Source of the DNA: Desulfobacterales bacterium
GTDB taxonomy: Bacteria; Desulfobacterota; Desulfobacteria; Desulfobacterales; SG8-13
DNA length: 64,000 bases
Assembly: GCA_051155755.1 (NCBI GenBank)
Contig: DAXETY010000002.1
Span: 26,860-90,859, forward strand
Direction: 5' to 3'
In this document: positions 17,913 to 26,741 of the stretch, one piece after another
Layout of the letters: each line of letters opens with the position of its first letter
Numbering within the stretch: position 1 is the stretch's first letter
Program-made: the position numbers and the translations under genes
The notes under the pieces: generated by a model
What the model was told of the DNA's origin: nothing
What the model saw: the letters and a program-made list of their open reading frames with translations, nothing else
Databases searched by the model: none

Positions 17913-19123
17913 GACGAACCCAAAAACGGCTTCTTCGGCAACCGGTTGTCGCTGCCGTCATGGTCGGCGTTTGCCTGCTTTGCGGCTGTGCGGCGTCGCA
18001 GACGGAATCGGCCGCCCCGGACGGTGTTCGGCACCGCGCCCGGCAGGCCTTCTCTGACCCGCCGGCGAAGACGGCCGCCGCCGGGGATTCCGTCGGGCAG
18101 CCGCCCCTGTTTTCGGAGCCTGCCGGTGCGCCGGCCGCCGCGGTCACCACCCGGGGGGGAGCGCTTCCCGACTGGATCCGGGACGCTTCGGATGAATTTC
18201 CGCCCCGACGCTATCTGACCGCACTCGGTCGGGGAGCCGATCGCCTGGAAGCCGAGGACCGGGCCCGGGCCGATATCGCCCGCTTTTTCCACACGGAGAT
18301 CGAATCCAACCGCCAAACCCGCGAGTCGATTCGGCAACGGTCCGTGGCGCAGGGGGTGGAAACCGATCACCGCATCCGCTCGGTGGAGCAGCTGCGGATT
18401 TCAAGCCGCAAAATGCTGTCGGGCGTATGGATTGCAAGGGTGCATCAAAACACGGCTTCACCGGAGAGAGAATTTTACGTGCTGGCGGCCCTGGACCGCC
18501 GTCAGGCCGCCGCCGCGGCAGCAGCGAACATCCGGAGCCTGGATGCCGCCATCCAAAAGTCGCTGGAGGCCCTCGAGGGGCAGGACCGATGGAACCGGAT
18601 TCGAATGCTGCAGACCTGTCTCGAGCACCATGACCGCCGATCGTTGTATGCGGCTGAATTGCGGGTGCTGCAACCGGAAACCGGCGGCATCGATCCGGCC
18701 GTGTCGCGGAACGATCTGGAAAACCGGCTGGCCCGCTTGCTGCGGGAGGATTTACTTGTGGCCGTGGCCGTCACCGGAGCCGGTTCGGAGCGCGTCGGCC
18801 GGTCACTGGTCGATGCATTGACGCAAAAAGGCTTTTCGGTCACCGAACGCGTATCCCAGGCACAGTTGCTCGCCCGGGGGGCGGTTGACATCGAAGTCGA
18901 TACCGCCATCGAATCCACCTGGAAGTTTGTCCGCTGGCGGGTTCACTTCGACCTGATGGACGCCCGCGAAGAGACGATTTTCGCCAGCATCGGCCGGTCC
19001 GGACGGGAAGGTCACCTGACGGTCCCCAAGGCGGAGCAGCGCGCTCTGCGGGAAATCGAAGCGGCCCTGACAGGTGAAATCGCCGTTCGGCTGGACGATT
19101 TTATCCGGGGGAAAAAACCATGA
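17909..19123 (+). CDS. LPP20-domain lipoprotein with an extra C-terminal alpha/beta domain
   Basis: ATGA overlap with the upstream stop. Lipobox LLCGC. LPDWIRD...DRARADIARFF matches the LPP20 pattern (PDW ... A..AR). Confidence 0.6.
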   Translation: MRRTQKRLLRQPVVAAVMVGVCLLCGCAASQTESAAPDGVRHRARQAFSDPPAKTAAAGDSVGQPPLFSEPAGAPAAAVTTRGGALPDWIRDASDEFPPRRYLTALGRGADRLEAEDRARADIARFFHTEIESNRQTRESIRQRSVAQGVETDHRIRSVEQLRISSRKMLSGVWIARVHQNTASPEREFYVLAALDRRQAAAAAAANIRSLDAAIQKSLEALEGQDRWNRIRMLQTCLEHHDRRSLYAAELRVLQPETGGIDPAVSRNDLENRLARLLREDLLVAVAVTGAGSERVGRSLVDALTQKGFSVTERVSQAQLLARGAVDIEVDTAIESTWKFVRWRVHFDLMDAREETIFASIGRSGREGHLTVPKAEQRALREIEAALTGEIAVRLDDFIRGKKP

Positions 19124-20298
19124 GAAAACGCCACCTTCGAAATGCATGGCAGCCAACGGCTTCCAAATCGATTGCCGTGCCGGTGCCGGAGATTCCGGGA
19201 AAGACCATCATCGTGAACCTGTTTCGAACCGCCGTTCGAGCGGCCGTTCGGACGGCCGCCCTGGCGGTCGGCTTGACGGTGGCTTCGGCCTGGGCGGCCA
19301 CCCCCGGGGATATTTATCATCGGGCCGGGCCGGCCGTGGTTTTTATTCTGGCATCGGAAACACTGAAGACCGGCAACATCGGCACCGGTTCGATCATTCG
19401 CGCCGACGGTCTGATTCTCACCAACGCCCACCTTTTTCGGAAAGGCAACCGGGAGAGCCTTGTCCCAGACATTCATGTATATCTGAAACCACAACGGGTC
19501 ACCGGCGATCACCGCCGCGATCTTTCGAAAGGCTACAGGGCCCGACTGCTGGTCGCCGACCCGTCCCTGGACCTTGCGCTGCTGCAGATCCAGGTCCCGG
19601 ACGTCCAATTGTCGACCCTGGCAATCGCGGACTCGGAGCAGGTGGGCATCGGTGACCCGGTGTATGCCATCGGGCATCCGGAGCAGGGGGGATTGTGGAG
19701 CCTGACGGCCGGGGTGGTCAGTGCGGTGCGCCGGGACTTCGGCGGTATTGACGGCAAAAATCTTTTCCAAACCGATGCCAGCATCAACCGCGGCAATTCC
19801 GGGGGGCCGCTGCTAGACAAACATGGCCGCATGGTCGGCATCAACGCCATGATCGCACGAAAAGCCGCTGATGGAATGACTATCACGGACGTCAACTATG
19901 CGATCATGTCCAATGTCGCCCTGAATTGGCTGCGCGGGCAGGGGGTTTTTATCGCCGCGGCCGGTGCGTCAAGCGGTGCAGTCGAACCTTCGGCTTCGGA
20001 GGGCGTTGCGGTTTTGGAACCATCGCCGGAGGCCGTTTTGCCGCAGCCGGAGCCGGGACAGGACCCACCGGTCGACGACAGCGAACCTGAATCAAGGCCC
20101 GTCGCGCCGGAAAGCGGAACGGCGCTGCCACCGCCGGAAGCAGCTCCGCCTTCGAAGCCAGCCGAAGAATACGAACCGGAAAAACGAATTCTGACCCGCA
20201 AGCATCCCTACCGGATGCCGCGTTTGATCGAAGATATGCGCGAGATGGAAGGTTTCATGGAGGAAATGCGCCGAAAAGTGCGAACCCATCGAAATTGA
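19120..20298 (+). CDS. secreted trypsin-like (S1C-type) serine protease with a Pro/Glu-rich C-terminal region
   Basis: ATGA overlap with the upstream gene. Signal peptide ending ASAWA. Triad contexts TNAHL, DLALLQI and GNSGGPLLD. No PDZ domain is evident. Confidence 0.8.
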   Translation: MRKRHLRNAWQPTASKSIAVPVPEIPGKTIIVNLFRTAVRAAVRTAALAVGLTVASAWAATPGDIYHRAGPAVVFILASETLKTGNIGTGSIIRADGLILTNAHLFRKGNRESLVPDIHVYLKPQRVTGDHRRDLSKGYRARLLVADPSLDLALLQIQVPDVQLSTLAIADSEQVGIGDPVYAIGHPEQGGLWSLTAGVVSAVRRDFGGIDGKNLFQTDASINRGNSGGPLLDKHGRMVGINAMIARKAADGMTITDVNYAIMSNVALNWLRGQGVFIAAAGASSGAVEPSASEGVAVLEPSPEAVLPQPEPGQDPPVDDSEPESRPVAPESGTALPPPEAAPPSKPAEEYEPEKRILTRKHPYRMPRLIEDMREMEGFMEEMRRKVRTHRN

Positions 20299-20335
20299 AA
20301 TGACCATCAGTTCCATCGGAAAAGGAGGTTTTCCA

Positions 20336-20917
20336 ATGACAAATTCCCAAAAACCAAGTTGGCTTCTCGTCATGCTGCTGGCAGCCGTTGCACTGGCGGC
20401 GGCCGGCTGTGCCTCGAGCCCGGAACCAAGTGCCGATTCGGCCGCTTTAGGACCGCAGTGGGTCATGCAGGGCAGCGGTGCCTTCGATCAGGACGGTGAG
20501 CGGGTGTTTTACGGGGTCGGTGTAGCTTCCGGCATTCACAACAAGGCGCTGCTGCGCCAGTCGGCCGACGACCGGGCCCGACTGGAAATCGCCAAAACCC
20601 TGGAAGTATATGTGTCGGGGTTGAGCAAGGACTACATGGCCTCTACGACTGCAGGCGACATGTCCCGGTCCTCGGAAGAGCAACACGTGGAAACCGCCCT
20701 GAAAACCTTTACCAAAACCACGCTGCACGGCGCCACCATCACCGATCGCTGGGTGGACCCGGCCGACGGGTCGATGTATGCGTTGTGCGAGCTCGACCTG
20801 CTCTCGCTCAAAGAAGCCCTGAACGACTACCGTGAACTCGATTCCCAGCTGCGCGACTATGTGCGGGAAAATGCCGACCGGATGCACGAGGAACTCAACC
20901 GGATGGAAAACCGCTGA
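20336..20917 (+). CDS. LPP20 family lipoprotein
   Basis: AAAGGAGG RBS. Lipobox AAAGC. GPQWVMQGSGAF...DDRARLEIAKTL matches the H. pylori Lpp20-type pattern. Confidence 0.7.
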   Translation: MTNSQKPSWLLVMLLAAVALAAAGCASSPEPSADSAALGPQWVMQGSGAFDQDGERVFYGVGVASGIHNKALLRQSADDRARLEIAKTLEVYVSGLSKDYMASTTAGDMSRSSEEQHVETALKTFTKTTLHGATITDRWVDPADGSMYALCELDLLSLKEALNDYRELDSQLRDYVRENADRMHEELNRMENR

Positions 20918-20923
20918 AAAAGC

Positions 20924-21010
20924 GGCGGGCGTTCAAGGTTCGACCGAAAGCTTGCGATCGGCCGCGCACGGCAGTGCTCGTTAAGTAGAAGGTTGAATCT
21001 TGAACGCCGC
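20924..21010. repeat. palindromic GGGCGTTCAAG / TCTTGAACGCC module with a 60-nt loop, between convergent genes
   Basis: The arms at 20927..20937 and 20998..21008 are identical to the arms of the hairpin at 22792..22814. Confidence 0.6.
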
Positions 21011-21013
21011 GGC

Positions 21014-21697
21014 CTATCGGCTTTTCAGAAACCGTTTGCCTTTTTTCCAGGTCTGCTTGATCCATCCGGCCGCGGACTCCACCATGGTGCGCCGGTAAAA
21101 ATCCTGCTCGACGGCACTGAGCGCCCCCACCCGGCGGAGCTTGAGCTTGACCCAGGCGTTGTAGTCGAAACGCTGAAACAACCGGAAGCGATAGTGATTC
21201 AGCGGTGCGAGTCGATCCTTGCGCACCGCGGCCACCCCGAAGTCGATCAACCAGGGCTCCCGACCGTTCACCACCAGGATATTGTCTTTCTTTTTCAGGT
21301 CTCCGTGGGCGATGCCACGGTGATGCATCCTGCGAATTCGTTCCAACAGGGTGCCAAAGAAGTAATCGGGGTCGGATATTTCCGCGCTGCGCAGCGGAAT
21401 GCCCTCGATGCACTCGAGCACCAGATAGCGCCGGCCCAGAAAGCCATAGCAAACCGGAATTCCCGCCATGCCCTCAAGCCGGCGGTAGACCCGGTATTCG
21501 TTGTACAGCATCCAGCGGGAAACCCATGCGGTCAGACCGATTCCAAGCGGGGCCTTGACGGCCAGGGGCCGACCATCGAAACACAGGCGGTAGGTGTGGC
21601 CCTGGTAACCGTGACCGAGAATGTTGTCCCGGTCGGCGAGACAGGCTTCGATCCGTTCCAGCAAGACGCGCTCGGACCCGGGCGGTGGATTCGGCAT
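21014..21697 (-). CDS. protein-kinase-like fold protein (Kdo/WaaP/RIO-like)
   Basis: Catalytic-loop-like HGDLKKKDNILV followed by IDFG. 227 aa with no other domains. Confidence 0.6.
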   Translation of the reverse strand: MPNPPPGSERVLLERIEACLADRDNILGHGYQGHTYRLCFDGRPLAVKAPLGIGLTAWVSRWMLYNEYRVYRRLEGMAGIPVCYGFLGRRYLVLECIEGIPLRSAEISDPDYFFGTLLERIRRMHHRGIAHGDLKKKDNILVVNGREPWLIDFGVAAVRKDRLAPLNHYRFRLFQRFDYNAWVKLKLRRVGALSAVEQDFYRRTMVESAAGWIKQTWKKGKRFLKSR

Positions 21698-21713
21698 GCA
21701 GGCTCCCGGGATG

Positions 21714-22277
21714 TCAGCGTTTCCAATGAAGATAGTACAGGCAGGCGAGCAAAATCAGGGCGATGACGGGCTCTCCGTTCTGACGCAGGCTCTGACGAAA
21801 AGACCATCCGCCGACGGGACTGGAAAATCCCCGCAGGCGGGGAATCAGGGCCAGCGTGCGCTGGCTCCAGCGTTCCCAGTCTTCTCCGAAAAGACGGTGC
21901 AGTTTGTTGTCCTCCCGGCGGATGGCCGGAGGATAGAACAACAGCAGGATCAGAACAAAAGCCGGCAGACTCCACCACAAACCGGACGCCAGGCAGAAAC
22001 CCGCCCCCAGCAGGATATTGCCGACATACAACGGGTGGCGCACGTAGGCATAGGGGCCATCGGTGGCCAGCTCCTTGTTTTTTTTAATGTGACCGGAAGC
22101 CCACAGGCGCACCGCGATTCCGAGCCCCACCAGAAATACGCCGGGCCAGAACCAGCCGGGCCGGGGCTGACCGGCGGCCGTGACCAGAAAGACAAACAAG
22201 ATCCCGACAAATTGCCGGTATCGATCCCGGCGGTATCGCACATCGTGGGAAAACCGCTTCCATCCGATTTCTTTCAC
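21714..22277 (-). CDS. isoprenylcysteine carboxyl methyltransferase (ICMT/PEMT) family membrane protein
   Basis: Multiple TM segments and the motif GPYAYVRHPLYVGN. Confidence 0.75.
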   Translation of the reverse strand: MKEIGWKRFSHDVRYRRDRYRQFVGILFVFLVTAAGQPRPGWFWPGVFLVGLGIAVRLWASGHIKKNKELATDGPYAYVRHPLYVGNILLGAGFCLASGLWWSLPAFVLILLLFYPPAIRREDNKLHRLFGEDWERWSQRTLALIPRLRGFSSPVGGWSFRQSLRQNGEPVIALILLACLYYLHWKR

Positions 22278-22506
22278 CGCAAATATTCCTTTGTGTCCGA
22301 GTCGTCTGTTTGCCGCAAAACCGATGGGCGACCGGCGAATTTTACTCCGAAAAAGCTGCGGCAGTGCCGAGGGGGCGCCAGGGAATCTGCCGGGGCCAAC
22401 CGATTTGCAGGTACTTGGAAAAAATGTAGTTTGAAGGAAATGAACAGGAAAGTCAAGAATATCCTGTACTTCTCGGCCTTAAATATTTCAGTTACCCCCT
22501 GCAGGC

Positions 22507-22541
22507 AATAAAAAGGCTGACCGCTTTTGGAGCGGTCAGCC
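22507..22541 (-). terminator. rho-independent terminator (minus strand)
   Basis: 11-bp perfect stem GGCTGACCGCT/AGCGGTCAGCC with a 5-nt loop, followed on the minus strand by TTTTTATT. Confidence 0.6.
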
Positions 22542-22558
22542 TGAAAGGAGGAATACAG

Positions 22559-22618
22559 ATGAAGAATTTCGTGGCTTCGATCTGGATAATAAGCAACGAA
22601 TGTGCCAAAAGTGGCTGA
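22559..22618 (+). CDS. candidate 19-aa small ORF (MKNFVASIWIISNECAKSG)
   Basis: Consensus SD AAAGGAGG with a 6-nt spacer (AATACA) before the ATG. Too short for compositional support. Confidence 0.3.
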   Translation: MKNFVASIWIISNECAKSG

Positions 22619-22716
22619 AAATTCAAAAACGGCGCTAACCAGTTAGATTTCAATCAAAACGCGCGGTCCCGCCCCCGGTGGAGATGCTTTCATTCGAGTC
22701 GATCTTCCCCAGAAAT

Positions 22717-22732
22717 GTTCAAAATTTTGAAC
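22717..22732. promoter_or_regulatory. perfect 16-bp palindrome GTTCAAAATTTTGAAC
   Basis: Read directly. The half-sites GTTCAA/TTGAAC are the same as in the terminator stem at 22796..22811. Confidence 0.3.
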
Positions 22733-22791
22733 CAAATTTCAGCGAATTCACGACAACATTCTTATATAATTCATCATACTTAAAATTTGCC

Positions 22792-22822
22792 GGGCGTTCA
22801 AGATCTTGAACGCCCTTTTTTT
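22792..22822 (+). terminator. rho-independent terminator (strong on plus strand, weak on minus)
   Basis: Perfect palindrome GGGCGTTCAAGATCTTGAACGCCC followed by T7. Confidence 0.7.
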
Positions 22823-22929
22823 CGCAAACGGGCCACGATCATAACCAATCGGTATCACTTCGAATCGAATCGTTTACAGAAATGAACGCGTTGTCCGGCC
22901 GGCGGAATCGGACCGATCCGATGGCGGGT

Positions 22930-23943
22930 TTACAGCCCGACACCATCGATGGGGCTGCGGCAATAACGACAGCGGCCGTCTTCCAGATCATAGCTGCGAA
23001 TGGAAAACCCCCAGCGTTCGATGACCACGCGCCTGCATTCCGGACAATAGGTGTGCTCGCCGTCTTCCCCCGGAACATTGCCGGTGTACACATACCGCAG
23101 GCCGGCTTCGAGCCCGATATCCCGGGCCATCAACAGCGTTTTTACCGGTGTGGGCGGTCGGTCGGTGAGTTTGTAAGTCGGATGAAAGCGACTGATGTGC
23201 CAGGGGGTTTCCACTCCGAGTTCCCGTACCAGAAAGTCGGCCAGATCTCTGAGTTCTTCGGTATCGTCGTTCAATCCCGGAACGATCAAAGTGGTTACCT
23301 CGACAAAAATGCCTGCATTTTTCAGGTTCTTAAGACATTCGGTTACGTGCTTCAACCGGGCCTTGCACTGCTTGCGGTAGTAATCATCGCGGAATGCCTT
23401 CAAATCGACATTGGCGGCATCCAGAACGTCGCGAATCATCGCGACGGCTTCGCCGGTCATGTATCCATTTGTAACGAAAACGTTTTTAAGGCCCCGCTCC
23501 CGGGCAATGCGGGCGGTGTCGTGCGCCAGTTCGAAAAAGATGGTCGGCTCTGTATAGGTGTAGGCAATGCTCCGGCACTTGCCCTGGACGGCCGCCTGCA
23601 CCAATTCTGCGGGAGTGGTGCGTTCTCCGAGGATCATGCCGTCGCGATCCCCCGGCATCTGGGCAATGTCTGCATTTTGACAGAACCGGCAGCGGAAATT
23701 GCAACCCACCGTTGCCACCGAATACGAAAGGCTGCCGGGGAAAAAGTGAAACAGGGGTTTTTTTTCGATCGGATCGATGTGGTGGGCGATGATTTTGTCG
23801 TATACCAGCGTGTTCAGCACGCCTTCGCGGTTTTCCCGCACCCCGCATATTCCCCGTTTTCCGGTTTTGATGTGGCAGCGGTGGCTGCAGAGGTTGCAGC
23901 GAACGGACTGTTCCTCGGCCGGTTCCCACAGATAGGCTTCCAT
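22930..23943 (-). CDS. AmmeMemoRadiSam-system-type radical SAM enzyme
   Basis: ATG at 23943 (MEAYLWEPAEE). N-terminal CNLCSHRCHI, radical SAM CNFRCRFCQN, and C-terminal CPECRR...CRYC. Confidence 0.8.
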   Translation of the reverse strand: MEAYLWEPAEEQSVRCNLCSHRCHIKTGKRGICGVRENREGVLNTLVYDKIIAHHIDPIEKKPLFHFFPGSLSYSVATVGCNFRCRFCQNADIAQMPGDRDGMILGERTTPAELVQAAVQGKCRSIAYTYTEPTIFFELAHDTARIARERGLKNVFVTNGYMTGEAVAMIRDVLDAANVDLKAFRDDYYRKQCKARLKHVTECLKNLKNAGIFVEVTTLIVPGLNDDTEELRDLADFLVRELGVETPWHISRFHPTYKLTDRPPTPVKTLLMARDIGLEAGLRYVYTGNVPGEDGEHTYCPECRRVVIERWGFSIRSYDLEDGRCRYCRSPIDGVGL

Positions 23944-24047
23944 GAAAGCTCCAATCGTTGAAAAGTTGTCGGCACCGGCATTCCGATTCCGGGGAAACAC
24001 CGGATGTCGATGGCCGATTCGCGAACCGGATTTGAGCGGTTGCCGGT

Positions 24048-24803
24048 TCACGAAGTGTTGGGAGCCACAATTCCGGAGGTCTTCTTGGCGCGATAGCGCA
24101 GGGCCAGCGGGCGGGTACGAAACCGCGGCATCAGCGTCGCGACCACGCCCAGAAATGCACCGAAGGGACAGCGCTGAAGAATCGGCGAATATTCGAGGTT
24201 CTGGGCCAATCCGCTGCAGGCCGTGGGAAACTGATTGATGGTCCGCCAGGCAATCGGCACCGGTCCCGCTACCGACAACACCATGCGCTTGAGTTCCCAA
24301 ACTCCAAAAAACTGGGCTTTATTAAAGATGGATTCGGAAAACATTCCGGCAACCCTGCGATGGATGCTTTTGATGGCGTAGCGGTTCAATACGCCGATAA
24401 AGACGCGGTCCTTGGCGACGCGACAGGCTTCGGCAATGCTCTGCCGGGGGTCGTCGACGAATTCCAGGGTCGTCATCAAAACGGCATGATTAAATGAGTT
24501 GTCGTCGAAGGGAAGATCTTCGGCATGGGAGCGGTACAAGTCGACACGTGGGCCGAATCGCTGAAAACAGCAATCGAGCATGTAAGGAGACGGATCGAGA
24601 CCGGTGGGGCTGACGCCGCGTTCCAACAGGGCCTCGAAATGAATACCGGTGCCGCAGCCGATATCGAGAACGGTTTCACCCCGCGCCGGCTGGAGCATTT
24701 CGATCATCAGATGGCACTCGCGTTCGGCTTCCGACCGGCGTTCCGGCTCGCGGTGCCAGCGCTCATACATCATCGCATCTTTGAAATCGAACACGTAGCC
24801 CAT
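24048..24803 (-). CDS. class I SAM-dependent methyltransferase
   Basis: Motif I VLDIGCGTG and an acidic loop. About 250 aa. Confidence 0.8.
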   Translation of the reverse strand: MGYVFDFKDAMMYERWHREPERRSEAERECHLMIEMLQPARGETVLDIGCGTGIHFEALLERGVSPTGLDPSPYMLDCCFQRFGPRVDLYRSHAEDLPFDDNSFNHAVLMTTLEFVDDPRQSIAEACRVAKDRVFIGVLNRYAIKSIHRRVAGMFSESIFNKAQFFGVWELKRMVLSVAGPVPIAWRTINQFPTACSGLAQNLEYSPILQRCPFGAFLGVVATLMPRFRTRPLALRYRAKKTSGIVAPNTS

Positions 24804-25038
24804 GGCGCATTATCCGGACCTGATCGAGGCGGTTTTGAAAAATGGAAACGCCCGGCACAGGGCTGGAACCAGCGAATCCGGTCGGCAATATCTTCCGGTC
24901 TGCGCGCCGGCGCAGTGCGGCAAATCACCGCCGGTGACCGAAATCCTCAAGGCGCTCCGGTCAACGCACCGCAACCGTGCCGGCCGGTGGACGGCGACGG
25001 CACGATGCTGATGCGCTGCCACCTGGCCGCCGGCGCAC

Positions 25039-26565
25039 CTATTCCTTGCTTTCACCGGCCTCTGGTGTCGGCGGCTTTTTCTTGCGGCGACGACGGCGGC
25101 GCTTTTTCTTGGTCGCATCCACCGATTCTCCCGCCGGAGCGGCCTCCGCTTCCGGCGGGAAACCGAAGAAAGCCCCGGGATGGGTCTTCTGCCACAAGTC
25201 GTGTCGTTCGTCTTTTCCCTGCTGACGGGCCAATCGCTTTTTCACCCTCCCACGGCCGCGGGCGGCCTTGCCCTTGCGCCCCTTAACCGCCGTTTTCACC
25301 GGTCCGCAACGGTCATGGCCGAACCAGTCATCTTCCGGCCAGACCACCGGAATCTTGTAGCCGAGCATTTCTTCCACGGATTCCAGGTGATAGACATAGT
25401 CCTCGCAGGCCAGGGAAATCGCCTTGCCGGTTTTCCCCGCCCGGGCCGTGCGGCCGATCCGGTGGACGTAATTTTCCGAATCCTGAGGCAGATCGTAGTT
25501 GATGACATGGCTGATGTCTTCCACGTGGATGCCCCGGGAGGCCACGTCGGTTGCCACCAGAATCTTAATTTTTCCGTTCTTGTAACGCTCCATCAGCTGG
25601 AAGCGTTTTTTTTGGGGCAAATCGCCGGTGATGCCTTCCGCCGGCCAGCCGTTTCCTTTGAGCTTCTGCGTCAGCCATTCGACCCCGGCCTTGGTGTTGA
25701 CAAAAATCAGTATGCGGTTCCAGGTCTCATGTTCGAGTAAGCCCAGCATCAGCGCAAGCTTCTGGTTTTTGCCGATATGGTACAGTTCCTGGTCAATCCC
25801 TTCCACCGTCAGTTCTTCGGGCGTAACGGCGATGAATTCGGGCAGGTTCATGTACTCATAGGTGAGCTCCAGTTCGCGGTAGGACAGCGTGGCCGAAAAC
25901 AGCATCGACTGCCGGCGATCATAGGGCGGCAACTTGCGCAATATATAGCGCATGTCTTTGGCAAATCCCAGATCCAGCAAACGGTCGGCCTCGTCGATGA
26001 CCACGATCTTGATCCCGGCGGTCTTGAAAATCCCCTGCTTCATATAATCGATAATGCGACCGGGGGTGCAGATAATGACATCGACACCTTCTTTCAGAAT
26101 CTGGGCCTGTTTCTGGTAATCGATGCCGCCCACGACCTGGGCGATTTTCAGTCCCGTATAACCGCCGATGATTTCGGCTTCCTCGTGAATCTGAAATGCC
26201 AGCTCCCGGGTGGGGGCCACGATCAGGGCCGCAGGCAGACCGGGCTTCTCGGAGAGATGCTCGGCCAAACGGGTGAAGACCGTCACCAGAAACGCCCCGG
26301 TCTTTCCGGTGCCGGTCTGTGCCTGTCCGGCAACATCTCGATGCTTCAGGGAAACCGGCAAGGTCTGGGCCTGAATCGGCGTGCAATAGACAAAACCGGC
26401 GTCCTGGAGCCCGCGCATCACTTCCGCCGACAAATTGAATTCGGTGAACGGTATTCGCGTCAGGAATTTCGGTTTGCCGGCCCGGGGCGCCGCCGGCTGC
26501 AGGTCGGGTTCTTCCAAAGCGGTTTCCGGCTGGTCCTGGTTCGTTTCCATATGATTTTTTTCCAT
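25039..26565 (-). CDS. DEAD-box ATP-dependent RNA helicase with a basic C-terminal tail
   Basis: AQTGTGKT, DEAD (VIDEADRLLD), SAT and HRIGRTARAG motifs. K/R-rich tail KKKRRRRRRKKK. Confidence 0.9.
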   Translation of the reverse strand: MEKNHMETNQDQPETALEEPDLQPAAPRAGKPKFLTRIPFTEFNLSAEVMRGLQDAGFVYCTPIQAQTLPVSLKHRDVAGQAQTGTGKTGAFLVTVFTRLAEHLSEKPGLPAALIVAPTRELAFQIHEEAEIIGGYTGLKIAQVVGGIDYQKQAQILKEGVDVIICTPGRIIDYMKQGIFKTAGIKIVVIDEADRLLDLGFAKDMRYILRKLPPYDRRQSMLFSATLSYRELELTYEYMNLPEFIAVTPEELTVEGIDQELYHIGKNQKLALMLGLLEHETWNRILIFVNTKAGVEWLTQKLKGNGWPAEGITGDLPQKKRFQLMERYKNGKIKILVATDVASRGIHVEDISHVINYDLPQDSENYVHRIGRTARAGKTGKAISLACEDYVYHLESVEEMLGYKIPVVWPEDDWFGHDRCGPVKTAVKGRKGKAARGRGRVKKRLARQQGKDERHDLWQKTHPGAFFGFPPEAEAAPAGESVDATKKKRRRRRRKKKPPTPEAGESKE

Positions 26566-26712
26566 ATGCGATTATTTCTATCGGTTTTCGGAAGATATTG
26601 CAAGCCGCAACCGCTGCGCCTGTCCGTTGTCGGGACCCGCAGCCGCGGTTGGCCGACAGGCTGTCGCCGGCACGGGAACCGTTTCACTCGGCACACTGAC
26701 GATTTTGTTGCT

Positions 26713-26741
26713 AAATTAAGAATAATTTCGGTGATGATCAA
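26713..26741 (-). promoter_or_regulatory. sigma70-like promoter candidate for the helicase gene
   Basis: On the minus strand, TTGATC (26741..26736), a 17-nt spacer, then TAATTT (26718..26713). Implies a 5' UTR of about 150 nt. Confidence 0.35.
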
